From assembly GCA_964616615.1 (NCBI GenBank), contig CAZTRJ010000005.1:1-44536 (forward strand): a stretch of DNA of 44,536 nt, given 5' to 3'. The notes beneath the pieces are model-generated. The model worked only from the letters and a program-made list of their open reading frames with translations, was not told where the DNA came from and searched no databases. Of this stretch, positions 28,836-38,168 are shown piece by piece (the stretch's first letter is position 1; every line of letters starts with the position of its first letter). The position numbers and the translations under genes are program-made. Origin of the DNA: an uncultured Dehalococcoidales bacterium (GTDB lineage: Bacteria > Chloroflexota > Dehalococcoidia > Dehalococcoidales > DAOVUZ01).

Positions 28836-29057
28836 CTACCTCTGTATCCTTATCTTCCAAACTCCGTCCTTTTCCTCCACGGCAATAAGTTCCAGTCCCA
28901 ACGCCTTGACCGCCATTGGTATCTCTTTCTTGGAAGAGGGATGTGTTCCGATAACCTCGACCACATCACCTTCTTTTGCTTTCCTCAAAGCTTTACGGGT
29001 TTCAATCAAAGGGACCGGGCAAGTTTCGCCAGTGCAGTTCACCTTTATCTCAGCCAT
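28836..29057 (-). CDS. tusA: TusA family sulfur carrier
   Basis: CTGETCPVP motif, 73 aa, GDVVEV. Confidence 0.88.
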   Translation of the reverse strand: MAEIKVNCTGETCPVPLIETRKALRKAKEGDVVEVIGTHPSSKKEIPMAVKALGLELIAVEEKDGVWKIRIQR

Positions 29058-29172
29058 TTTTCATCACCCCCCGTCACCTGTCTGTGGCTTTCTTTGCTAG
29101 ACTCTAAGGATTATTCATTGTTAATTAGCGAGTCCTTGCTCTGCTCACAATTAACCTCTGGCGACTCTATAC

Positions 29173-31140
29173 TTAAGCTGTGTCCAGCTCTCGCCGCATT
29201 GCCATATCGTAGAGCACCCTCTCTCTAGCCTTGTCAATACCAAGTGCTTGGCGCTTGTTGTCAATGTGCTCAATCATAAGGGTCGCTGCCTTAATCGGAT
29301 CCGGCTCATAGGCCCACATACCGCCGTATATCTCTTCGAAATCATGGAAGAGGAACTTGGTGACTTCTTCATTGCCGATAGTGGGCCAATTAACACCGAA
29401 TACCGTAAACACTCCTGAGCCAACAAAGTACTGGCCAATGGAAAGTGCCTTCTCACTCATCCATTCAGGAGCTGCCCCGGCTACAGGGAGGTCACTGAGG
29501 TCATCTCCCAAGCCACCGTCTTTAACCATGGCAGTAGCCGCTATCAGAATGCGTGCGTTGTCAACACAGGAGCCAAGATGTAATACTGGTGGAATACCAA
29601 CCGCTTCACATACTGAAGCCAGTCCCTTACCAGCATACTTCGCTGCTGCCTCCGGGGTCATCAGTCCTGCTTTGGCGCAGGCCATGGCACTACAGCCGGT
29701 TTGTAGCACCAAAACATCGTTTTTAATTAGTTCCTTAACCATAGTGACATGAACATCATCGTGAGCAACCCGAGCGTTATTACAGCCGACGACCCCAGCC
29801 ACGCCCCTGATTCGGCCATTGATGATGTTGTCGTTTAACGGTCGGTAGGAAGCGCGGAACAGACCACCCAACAGGTAGTTAATAGTTTCATGGCTGAATC
29901 CAGCAATAAGGTCAGTTCTATAATTTGGAATACGAACGTTACTACCTCTATTAGGAAAATTGTCAATGGCGGCTCGGACTATATCCTTGGCGGTCTCAAT
30001 GGCATTATGCTCATCAAATTCGATGTGAGTTGCACCTTGGATATGGGCTCTGGGGTCAGTGGTAATAACCTTAGTATGGAAGCATTGGGCTACATCGGTA
30101 ATTCCCTGCATAATACACTGGACATCAACTACCATAGCCTCGAGCGCGCCAGTAACTATAGCTAACTCCTGCTGTAGGAAGTTACCGGCGATGGGTATCC
30201 CATGGCGCATCAATATCTCATTGGCGGTGCAGCACATACCTGCCAGGTTTATGCCGCTGGCTCCTTTCGATTTGGCGTATTCAATCATCTCAGGGTCTTG
30301 AGTGACGACGGCCAACATCTCAGCCAGCTGTGGCTCGTGACCGTGAATAATGAGATTCACCTCGTCTTCCTTTAGTACCCCCAGGTTTATCTGGCTGAGC
30401 ACCGGCGACGGTGTACCAAAGAGAATATCCTGAAGCTCAGTGGCGAGCATACTGCCGCCCCAGCCATCGGCTAGCGCGGTTCTAACCGACTGGAGGAGTA
30501 AGCTTTTATAATCCTGGTCAACGCCCATATGGGTGCGGTGCATAGCCTCTACCACCTCTCGGTCTATACCGCGAGGTGCTACCCCTAGCCCTCGCCACAG
30601 TTCCTGCCGCTTTAACGGCGCCCGTCTTAATAACAAAAGCTCTCCATCCTGTCGGCCAAACTCCCTTATCGCGAGTTCGCCAATATCAACGGCTATTTCG
30701 TCATTGGTGCGCTCCCCAATCTCGACGCCAAAATCCAGGGCCAGTTGCAGCAATTTCTGCTCATCTTTAATCTGAAAGCCTGGTTCCTCTCCTTTGGCTG
30801 TAGCCAGAAAGGCCTCGGTCACCTTTCGACCATGGTCACTATGGGCGGCAGCTCCGGCAGCTATCTTGCGCAAGAAGTTACGGGCTGCGATAGTCTCAGG
30901 AGTAGCACCACAGACACCGACTCTTTTTCGTTTCTCCTCCGGGGTTTCCTCTTTTCCTTTAGCTAAGGCGACCCGACAGGGCCCCATAGCGCAAATACTA
31001 CAGCAACTACCTACGCTGCCTATGGGGCAAGCCCTAGTCGACTCCGCTCGCTCAAAAACAACCCGAGCGTCGTCTTGAGCCGCTTTCTCTATCATCTCTA
31101 TGGTAGCCTGGTCAATGCTTTTAGCTTGTTTCTCTTCCAT
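29173..31140 (-). CDS. cooS: anaerobic Ni,Fe carbon-monoxide dehydrogenase catalytic subunit
   Basis: CX7CCX2CX4C D/B-cluster motif, AAHSDH, C-cluster ligands HGH, CCTANE, DVQC, GCNN, TGC, GSCVD, and PEWMSEKA. Confidence 0.95.
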   Translation of the reverse strand: MEEKQAKSIDQATIEMIEKAAQDDARVVFERAESTRACPIGSVGSCCSICAMGPCRVALAKGKEETPEEKRKRVGVCGATPETIAARNFLRKIAAGAAAHSDHGRKVTEAFLATAKGEEPGFQIKDEQKLLQLALDFGVEIGERTNDEIAVDIGELAIREFGRQDGELLLLRRAPLKRQELWRGLGVAPRGIDREVVEAMHRTHMGVDQDYKSLLLQSVRTALADGWGGSMLATELQDILFGTPSPVLSQINLGVLKEDEVNLIIHGHEPQLAEMLAVVTQDPEMIEYAKSKGASGINLAGMCCTANEILMRHGIPIAGNFLQQELAIVTGALEAMVVDVQCIMQGITDVAQCFHTKVITTDPRAHIQGATHIEFDEHNAIETAKDIVRAAIDNFPNRGSNVRIPNYRTDLIAGFSHETINYLLGGLFRASYRPLNDNIINGRIRGVAGVVGCNNARVAHDDVHVTMVKELIKNDVLVLQTGCSAMACAKAGLMTPEAAAKYAGKGLASVCEAVGIPPVLHLGSCVDNARILIAATAMVKDGGLGDDLSDLPVAGAAPEWMSEKALSIGQYFVGSGVFTVFGVNWPTIGNEEVTKFLFHDFEEIYGGMWAYEPDPIKAATLMIEHIDNKRQALGIDKARERVLYDMAMRRELDTA

Positions 31141-31227
31141 ATCACGTCGTCTTCCTTTTCCTGATTATCCTTCGCCGTCAGTTTAGCTATTACCTACGGA
31201 TTAAGCCTATGGCGTTTAGTCCATATG

Positions 31228-31749
31228 TTAGTCTCGTAGAGCTTCAATTATTGCTTTATTGAATCTCGGCAAGTCTGCTGGCTTGCGCGATGTGATAAGA
31301 TTTCCATCCTGAACTACTGGTGCATCGACCCAGTCTGCACCAGCATTTCTAAGGTCCACGGCTACCGAAGACCAGGAGGTAACACGGTGTCCTCTAACTA
31401 TTTCAGCTGAAATAAGGAGCTGCGGTCCATGGCAAATAGCCGCTACCACCTTACCTAAGTCATATACCTTTCTCACCAGCTCAACCATGGATTGGTTAGA
31501 GCACATCTTATCAGTAGCATAGCCACCAGGCACGATAATGGCATCAAAATCCTCGGCCCTGATATTATCAGCAGTAGCATCGACTCTTACAGTACTGCTA
31601 CCGCTTTTGCCTTTGTAAGTTTCCTTAGAACCACTGCCTACAATCACTACTTTAGCGCCAGCATTCTTCATTGCCCTCAGTGGTTCAATAAGTTCAGAAT
31701 CCTCAAAGCCATCTTCTGCTAGAATGGCAATCTTCTTTCCATCGAGCAT
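31228..31749 (-). CDS. PfpI/DJ-1 family protein
   Basis: GFEDSEL, VPGG, AICHGP, ITSRKPADL. Confidence 0.92.
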   Translation of the reverse strand: MLDGKKIAILAEDGFEDSELIEPLRAMKNAGAKVVIVGSGSKETYKGKSGSSTVRVDATADNIRAEDFDAIIVPGGYATDKMCSNQSMVELVRKVYDLGKVVAAICHGPQLLISAEIVRGHRVTSWSSVAVDLRNAGADWVDAPVVQDGNLITSRKPADLPRFNKAIIEALRD

Positions 31750-31879
31750 ACCCTTTACCCTCCTTTTCTAGGGAATATCCAATTGGCTTTACTGTGCTGA
31801 CAAAGCCGCTTTGAACCTCCTTTCTTTGCACTGGTTCTACTCCGTTGAGAAAGCTTGGGAGAAGTAGCACTATTTAATA

Positions 31880-31943
31880 ATAGCGAGCCAGTAATAACGA
31901 AGTCATAAAATGGGAGGAGAAAAAGTTACAAAATTATGACATT
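31880..31943 (-). promoter_or_regulatory. 64-bp promoter/operator block of the leftward arm
   Basis: Inverted 58/64-identical copy of 34639-34702; TGTCATAATTT-TGTAAC tandem repeat; ends in a TATTAT -10-like hexamer. Confidence 0.75.
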
Positions 31944-32013
31944 ACAGGCAGTACTCTCTAGGGGAAAGCTTACAATATAAGTAGAATCTTGGAGGGCGAA
32001 ATCTTGAAGCTAT

Positions 32014-32712
32014 TCAGGCCGAGGGTTGGTCTATGATATAGCCCGTCTTGGCGATAGTGCGAATCAGCCTGGGATGGTTAGGGTCACTTTCCAGCTTGTT
32101 TCTTAGCCGACTAATCCATGTCCTGAGGATTTGGACATCATCTCGGTATTCCGGTCCCCAGACCCGGGTTAGTAGCTCTTCATAGAGCATGAGACGGCCA
32201 GCATTATTGACAAGCTGGCTGAGCAGAAGCCATTCAATGCGGGTCAGGTATTTTTCCTCACCGTTGACAAGCACGGTATGCTTCTTAAAATCGATGGTCA
32301 CCTGCCCTAAATTGAAAACCTCTGGGATTTTGCGTCTTTCGCCGGGTTCGAGCCGGCGCCTGACCGACTCGATCCTAGCTATGAGTTCGTCAGGGTTGAA
32401 GGGCTTTGGCAGGTAGTCATCAGCCCCTAATTGTAACCCTTTGATTCGGTCAGCATCGGCACCTTTGGCAGTAAGCATAATAACTGGCACCGCCGAAAAA
32501 CTACGCAACTCCTTAAGCATCTCCAGTCCGTCCATTTTGGGCATAAGCAGGTCAAGTACAATCAGGTCAGGTTCTTGAGCCTGAGCCTGCTCCAGGCCCT
32601 CAATGCCATTGCTGGCGGTCAGTACTTCATACCCTGAGGCTTTAAACTTGGTTCTGAGGAAATTGATAATCCGTTCCTCATCGTCAACTACCAGTATGCG
32701 AAATTGCTTCAC
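32014..32712 (-). CDS. OmpR/KdpE-family response regulator
   Basis: VVDDE, VLDLLMP, LTA, KPF receiver; winged HTH (LRTWISRLRNKLE, IRT..KTGY). Confidence 0.94.
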   Translation of the reverse strand: MKQFRILVVDDEERIINFLRTKFKASGYEVLTASNGIEGLEQAQAQEPDLIVLDLLMPKMDGLEMLKELRSFSAVPVIMLTAKGADADRIKGLQLGADDYLPKPFNPDELIARIESVRRRLEPGERRKIPEVFNLGQVTIDFKKHTVLVNGEEKYLTRIEWLLLSQLVNNAGRLMLYEELLTRVWGPEYRDDVQILRTWISRLRNKLESDPNHPRLIRTIAKTGYIIDQPSA

Positions 32713-32892
32713 AGAAATATCTCCGGGTTTATCTACTCCAAGTCAGAATGATAGTTCCAAGGTCAGCGGATGTCAAAGCCTCTTCATAATATGGATGCTG
32801 CCTTGACTAGACTACTGGCTGAAACTAGAATGTTAGACATCGGTGTACAGGGCCAACGTCTCGCGATAAAGAGCTAATTAAGGAGCACCCCG

Positions 32893-34596
32893 GTGAGGAG
32901 TTATAGCAAAAAACGGGGAGTGGCACAGGAACCATCGAACCGGTCCGCCAGGGTTGGCTTGAAGGGTATAACTGCAAACGTGCAAGCGGAGAGGGATTTA
33001 CTTGTTGGTGTCCTGGAAATACTGAGCCAGAGCCGGCACGCGAACGAATACCTGGAGCGACTCGTCGAGCAACTCAGGAACTATTCAGGCTGCCGCTGTG
33101 TGGGTATTCGTCTCCTGGACGATGACGGGAATATCCCTTACAGTTCGTACACCGGTTTCAGCCGTGAGTTTTACGAAAGTGAAAACCCTCTATGTATCAA
33201 GTCGGACAAATGCATGTGCGTTAATGTGATAATGGGAAATATCCAGTCGGGGCTTCCCTCCTATACCAAGGGTGGCTCCTTCCTCAGCAATAGCACGACC
33301 AAGCTTCTGGCATCAGTTTCTGAGGAAATCAAAGGCCAAACCAGGAATGTGTGCAACCAGTGCGGCTACGAATCGGTAGCTCTGGTGCCGATGCGGCATC
33401 AAGGCAAAATCTTGGGCTTAATTCACCTGGCTGATGAAAGCGAAAACAAAATTCCTCTACAAAGAGTCCAATTCCTAGAGCAAGTAGGGACCTATATTGG
33501 TGAGATCCTGCACACATTCGTGGCTGAAGGTGCGCTTCAGGAAAGCGAAAGGCGCTACCGAGACCTCTATGAAGAGGCTCCCAATGCCTACTTTGCGGTT
33601 GGGGTAGACGGCTGCATTAAACAGGCAAACCGCAGTGCTACGAAACTGCTTGGCTATAGCTTGGGTGAGCTGGTTGGGCGTCCGGTGTTTGACTTGTATG
33701 CCGATACGCCAAACGGCAAAGCTAAGGCACAAGGAGTATTTCAGAGGTTTCTTGCTGGCGAGGAGATTCGTGACGAAGAGTTGGAGATGTGCCGAGCCGA
33801 CGGCAGTAATGTGTGGATTAGCCTATCAGTGAGGCCAGTACGCGACAGAGAAGGGCGGGTGGTGGCCAGCCGGTCGGTGGTAGTGGATATCACCGAGCGC
33901 AAAAGACTAGACCAGCTAAAAGACGAGTTCATTGGTCTTGTATCCCATGAGCTCCGCAGCCCCTTGACGGTTATCACCGGAGCGGTCAATACAGCTTTAA
34001 CCGAAGGAGAACGTCTGTCTCCAGAAGAAACACGTCAACTGCTGCAGGACGCAGCTCTGGAAGCTGAATCGCTGTCCCACATGTTGGGAAATCTCTTGGA
34101 GCTGTCCAGAGTGCGGGCAAACCGCCTGTTCCTTCATGCCGAAGCAATCAGTGTCAGAAAAGTAGTTCAAGACACCGTTGAAGAAATAAAGCGCCAGTCT
34201 TCATCGCATCAGTTTGTGGTGGACATCCCGGAGGAAGTGCCCTCGGTTTATGCTGACGAATTGAGACTGGAGCGTATCCTCTACAATCTCCTTGAAAACG
34301 CAGTTAAGTACTCACCACAAGGAGGGGAGATACGAATCTCCGCCAGACCAGAGGAAAAGCACCTGGTTATCGGGGTTAGTGACTAAGGGATAGGCATATC
34401 TCATTCTGACCAGGCTAAGCTATTTGGGCCTTTCCAGCGCCTCGAAGAGTCCAGACCTGATGGAGTTGGAGGAGTAGGACTGGGACTATTGGTGTGTCGC
34501 CGGCTGGTGGAGGCGCATGGCGGCCGAATCTGGGTCGAATCGGAACCCGACCAGGGTTCCACCTTCTTTTTTACCATACCCTTGAGCCATAGTTAA
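32893..34596 (+). pseudogene. GAF-PAS sensor histidine kinase interrupted by in-frame TAA (34384-34386)
   Basis: SHELRSPL H box and NLLENAVKY N box; after the TAA the same frame continues GIGI..LFGPFQR..GVGLGL..HGGRIWVES..GSTFFFTIP to TAA at 34594-34596. Confidence 0.88.
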
Positions 34597-34638
34597 CCTG
34601 GCGGGAATTCTGAACCTTCTTCAGGGACTAAAGCCGGC

Positions 34639-34702
34639 AATGTCATAATTTTGTAACTTTTTCTCCTTTCATTTTATGACTTTGTCATCGCTGGCTCGCT
34701 AT
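34639..34702 (+). promoter_or_regulatory. 64-bp promoter/operator block of the rightward arm
   Basis: Inverted copy of 31880-31943; TGTCA/TGTAA at 11-bp spacing, ATGAC-TTT-GTCAT palindrome, TATGAT -10-like hexamer at 34700-34705. Confidence 0.75.
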
Positions 34703-34775
34703 GATTATTGCTGGATACCCTACGGGCCTGGGAAGTGGGACCTTAGTTGAGACAATAAACTAAAGGAGGTGAGCT

Positions 34776-35270
34776 ATGGAAATAGAGAGATGGAAGCCGG
34801 GGAGAGGACTAATTCCCTGGAGACCATTTAGCGAGCTAGGGGAGATAGAACGGCATTTTGAGGATATTTTAGGTCGGCCGTTTCTACCTGCGGCATGGAG
34901 ACGTATCCCTACGGTGGAGATGGGATGGGCACCAGCGATAGAGGTGTTCGAAAAAGAGGATAAGTTCGTGGTAAAGGCTGAAATCCCGGGGATGAAGGAA
35001 GAGGACATAGATATCTCAGTGGTAGGCGATACATTAACCGTAAAAGGGGAGCGGAAGGCTGAGAGCGAGGTCAAAGAAGAAGATTACTACTGCTGTGAGC
35101 GTTCTTACGGCAGCTTCTCCCGCTCGATAACCGTGCCCTCTAACGTAGATGCCACAAAGATTGAAGCCAGTTATGAGAATGGAGTCCTGGAGGTTAGCCT
35201 TCCCAAAGCCCCAGAGGTTAAGCCAAAGAAGATAGCAGTTACGGCTAAGAAGGAGAAAGCCAGTAAGTAA
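34776..35270 (+). CDS. Hsp20/alpha-crystallin small heat-shock protein
   Basis: AEIPG, ERSYGSFSR, ASYENGVLEV.LPK; AGGAGGTG SD. Confidence 0.94.
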   Translation: MEIERWKPGRGLIPWRPFSELGEIERHFEDILGRPFLPAAWRRIPTVEMGWAPAIEVFEKEDKFVVKAEIPGMKEEDIDISVVGDTLTVKGERKAESEVKEEDYYCCERSYGSFSRSITVPSNVDATKIEASYENGVLEVSLPKAPEVKPKKIAVTAKKEKASK

Positions 35271-35362
35271 TCTACTGAGCCTTTGTCGTCCCGCTTCCCA
35301 ACCTTTGGGTGTCATATTAAAGAGATTAGCGTCTTCTAAAAGTAATACTAAGGAGGTATGAA

Positions 35363-35941
35363 ATGACTTACTCAGCAAAAGACTACAGCAATCTCATCGG
35401 AATGGAGGGCTTCAGTGAAACCTTACTTAAGAATCACTTCACTCTCTATCAAGGTTATGTAGCCAATACTAACAAACTTTCAGACTCGCTCAGTGGCATG
35501 CTAAGAGAGGGGAAGACCGGCATTCCAGAATACTCTGAGCTTAAACGCCGTTTTGGTTTTGAGTTCAACGGCATGCGTCTCCACGAATACTACTTTGAGA
35601 ACCTGGGAGGTAAAGCCCCCCTGGACCAATCGGGCACTCTAGCCAAGAAGGTAGCTGGTGCCTATGGCAGCTATGATGCCTGGGAGAAGGATTTCAGGGC
35701 TACCGGAGCAATGCGTGGCATTGGCTGGGTGATACTTTATCAGGATGATGTGACCGGCTGGCTGTTTAACCAGTGGATCAATGAGCATGAAGTTGGTCAT
35801 TTTGCCGGTTGCCTTCCTATCCTGGTAATGGATGTCTTTGAACATGCCTTCATCACCGATTATGGGCTGAAGCGAGCTGATTATATAGAAGCCTTTTTCA
35901 GGAACATAAACTGGAATGTGGTGGAAGGTAGGTTGAGATAG
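35363..35941 (+). CDS. sod: Fe/Mn superoxide dismutase family protein
   Basis: NH..LY.GYV, LHEYYFENL, MDVFEHAF. Confidence 0.88.
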   Translation: MTYSAKDYSNLIGMEGFSETLLKNHFTLYQGYVANTNKLSDSLSGMLREGKTGIPEYSELKRRFGFEFNGMRLHEYYFENLGGKAPLDQSGTLAKKVAGAYGSYDAWEKDFRATGAMRGIGWVILYQDDVTGWLFNQWINEHEVGHFAGCLPILVMDVFEHAFITDYGLKRADYIEAFFRNINWNVVEGRLR

Positions 35942-35968
35942 GTAGCCTACTGCTGGAAGGAGGCATAA

Positions 35969-36535
35969 TTGAAAAGTCTGGGGATTATGGGAAGCCCGAG
36001 AATAGCAGGCAATACAGATCTACTACTGGATGAGGCTTTAAATGGGGCACAAAGTCAGGGGGCAAAGGTCGAGAAGATTGTCGTAGGTAGTCTCAACATA
36101 GCCCCGTGCCGTGAGTACTACGGGTGCTTGAGGGATGGCAACTGCGTCATCAGAGACGACATGGATGGTATATATCCAAAGCTCCTTGATGCCGATGTTG
36201 TAATAGTTGCCTCACCGATGTTTTTCTACGGACTGACCAGTCAGCTTAAGGCGCTCATCGACCGTTGCCAAGCGCTATACGTCAGAAGATACGTTCTTAA
36301 TCAGAACCCGCCTAATTCTGCGAGGAAGGGGGCGTTTATCGCTGTCGGAGCCACCAGAGGCGAAAAATTGTTTGACGGGTCGATACTAACTGTAAAATAT
36401 TTCTTCCAATCCATCGGAGTCAAGTATGTTGACGAGCTTCTTGTCCGGGGTGTAGATAGGAGAGGGGCGATTAAGGAGCATCAAACTGCACTCTCGGACG
36501 CATTTGAACTGGGTAGGAGGCTAGCTCAAAAGTAG
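35969..36535 (+). CDS. flavodoxin-fold / iron-sulfur flavoprotein-like FMN reductase
   Basis: GSPR..GNT, PC..Y..C.....C, ASPMFF, KALIDR. Confidence 0.85.
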   Translation: MKSLGIMGSPRIAGNTDLLLDEALNGAQSQGAKVEKIVVGSLNIAPCREYYGCLRDGNCVIRDDMDGIYPKLLDADVVIVASPMFFYGLTSQLKALIDRCQALYVRRYVLNQNPPNSARKGAFIAVGATRGEKLFDGSILTVKYFFQSIGVKYVDELLVRGVDRRGAIKEHQTALSDAFELGRRLAQK

Positions 36536-36638
36536 GGGAGAATGAAGGCACTTACACTGAGGGTCACAGGGCTGTTTTTACCGATGACTAGGTCATTAGC
36601 GAAATGGCGACTAAGGCGAAAAACAGGAGGATGCAACA

Positions 36639-37109
36639 ATGGAAACTCACTTAACCCTCAAAGCGGTTTTGGGAATGGCGATACGGAAGGAAATTGACTC
36701 ACAGCACCTGTATAGTCACTTAAGCCAGCAAATGACCGACGAAGCTGCCATAGATGTTTTGCGAGAGCTAGTCCGACAAGAACAGGGGCATCAGCAGCTA
36801 CTGGAACAATATTTACGGGGTGAATTACAGGGAGGGATGCTAAGTCAGGAACAGGGTATAGATTATAAGATTGCAGAGCGATTGGACCAACCGGAAATAT
36901 CTCCTGATATGAGGATAAAAGACGTCTTCCTTTTGGCTGCCAACCATGAAAAGGAATCCCACGAGTTCTATCTTGCTCTTGCTCAAATCCATCCTGCTGG
37001 AGAGGTGAAAAGACTAATTGAAGGGCTAGCAGCACAAGAACTGGAGCACAAGCAGAGAGTGGAGTTTCTATATACGGAAGTTGCTTTTCCTCAGACAGAT
37101 GGTGGGTGA
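36639..37109 (+). CDS. ferritin-like (rubrerythrin diiron) protein
   Basis: AIRKE..S..Y, EQGH, HEKES.EFY, ELEH; ends FPQTDGG. Confidence 0.85.
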   Translation: METHLTLKAVLGMAIRKEIDSQHLYSHLSQQMTDEAAIDVLRELVRQEQGHQQLLEQYLRGELQGGMLSQEQGIDYKIAERLDQPEISPDMRIKDVFLLAANHEKESHEFYLALAQIHPAGEVKRLIEGLAAQELEHKQRVEFLYTEVAFPQTDGG

Positions 37110-37331
37110 GACTGCCAATATTCACCAAAATGGTTCCAAGCGGGCACAATTCCTGTGGAAGGGGGCAGATAAAAAGACACGCGTTTAACCAAGCTAGGCA
37201 TTGCCATCGGCTTGAGCTCAGAGGGAGGTGTGAAATGTAAGCACAAACCAAGAACCGACAGGGAAATCCCAGTTTAGGCACTACAATAGTGCTTAAACAG
37301 CCTTACTAAATTATAAAGGAAGGAAACCATA

Positions 37332-37763
37332 ATGACAAAGGAAGAACTGGCAAAGACGTTGAATCAGGCTTTGGAATTGGAGCATGCGGCGAGGATACAA
37401 TATCTGGCTCACGCCGAACAAGCGACTACTCCGGCGGTAATCGCTAGGCTGAAAGAGATTGCAGATGACGAGAAAAATCATGAAGACGTATTCCGAGGGC
37501 TAATAGGGGGTTACTTAGACGCGGTACCTTCTATGGGTATGGCAGAAACCCACACTGCCAAAACTGAAAGGGAAATTCTGGAAGTAAACCTTGATGACGA
37601 GAAACATGCGGTTGACGTTTACATGGGAATATTGGACAAAATGAGGGAAATGAAAGAAGACTTGAAGTACGAATATCTCCAGTTAGAGCATGGGGTTAGG
37701 CATGTAATACAGGATGAAGAGGACCATATATCAGAGTTGAAACTCCTTCTGGAAAGGGGGTGA
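37332..37763 (+). CDS. ferritin-like (bacterioferritin/DPS-like) protein
   Basis: ELEH.A.IQY..H, EKNH, EKHAV.VY, EEDH. Confidence 0.85.
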   Translation: MTKEELAKTLNQALELEHAARIQYLAHAEQATTPAVIARLKEIADDEKNHEDVFRGLIGGYLDAVPSMGMAETHTAKTEREILEVNLDDEKHAVDVYMGILDKMREMKEDLKYEYLQLEHGVRHVIQDEEDHISELKLLLERG

Positions 37764-37764
37764 T

Positions 37765-38115
37765 ATGAGTGATATGGTTCAAGTAAGCAGAAGCATTGAA
37801 CTCGAAGACGGCGCTATGAAACAGGTCCTAGCTCAGGGGCGAGAAATACTTCTGGCCAGGGTCGGGGATAACTACTACGCCGCTGACAACCGCTGTCCTC
37901 ACCTGGGAGGCAAGTTATCGGAGGGCAAGCTGGAAGGGACTGTAGTCACCTGTCCGATGCATGGCTCTCAGTTCGACCTCAGTGATGGCCGGGTAGTCCG
38001 CTGGTTGAAAGGTTCTGGGCTAGTCTCGGCAGTGGGCAAGGCTCTGAAATCACCCAGACAGCTTACCCTATACAATGTAAAGGTCGAAGACGACAATATC
38101 TTGGTAGAAATCTAG
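37765..38115 (+). CDS. Rieske [2Fe-2S] ferredoxin
   Basis: CPH...CPMHGSQFD. Confidence 0.92.
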   Translation: MSDMVQVSRSIELEDGAMKQVLAQGREILLARVGDNYYAADNRCPHLGGKLSEGKLEGTVVTCPMHGSQFDLSDGRVVRWLKGSGLVSAVGKALKSPRQLTLYNVKVEDDNILVEI

Positions 38116-38168
38116 TCTCTAGCATTTAATAAATAGTCGCCTAGGAACAGGCTGGAGGGGGTGTTACT

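Noticed and set aside
34384-34386. Programmed readthrough (Sec/Pyl) in the kinase
   Set aside because: The codon is TAA, not TGA or TAG, and sits at a variable position of DxGxG.
37107-37172. Selenocysteine readthrough after FPQTDGG (TGA-GAC-TGC)
   Set aside because: The ferritin-like domain is already complete, the extension is short without a UxxC/CxxU motif, and no convincing SECIS was seen.
36658-37281. 207-aa minus-strand ORF
   Set aside because: Shadow of the ferritin-like gene; no motifs or SD.
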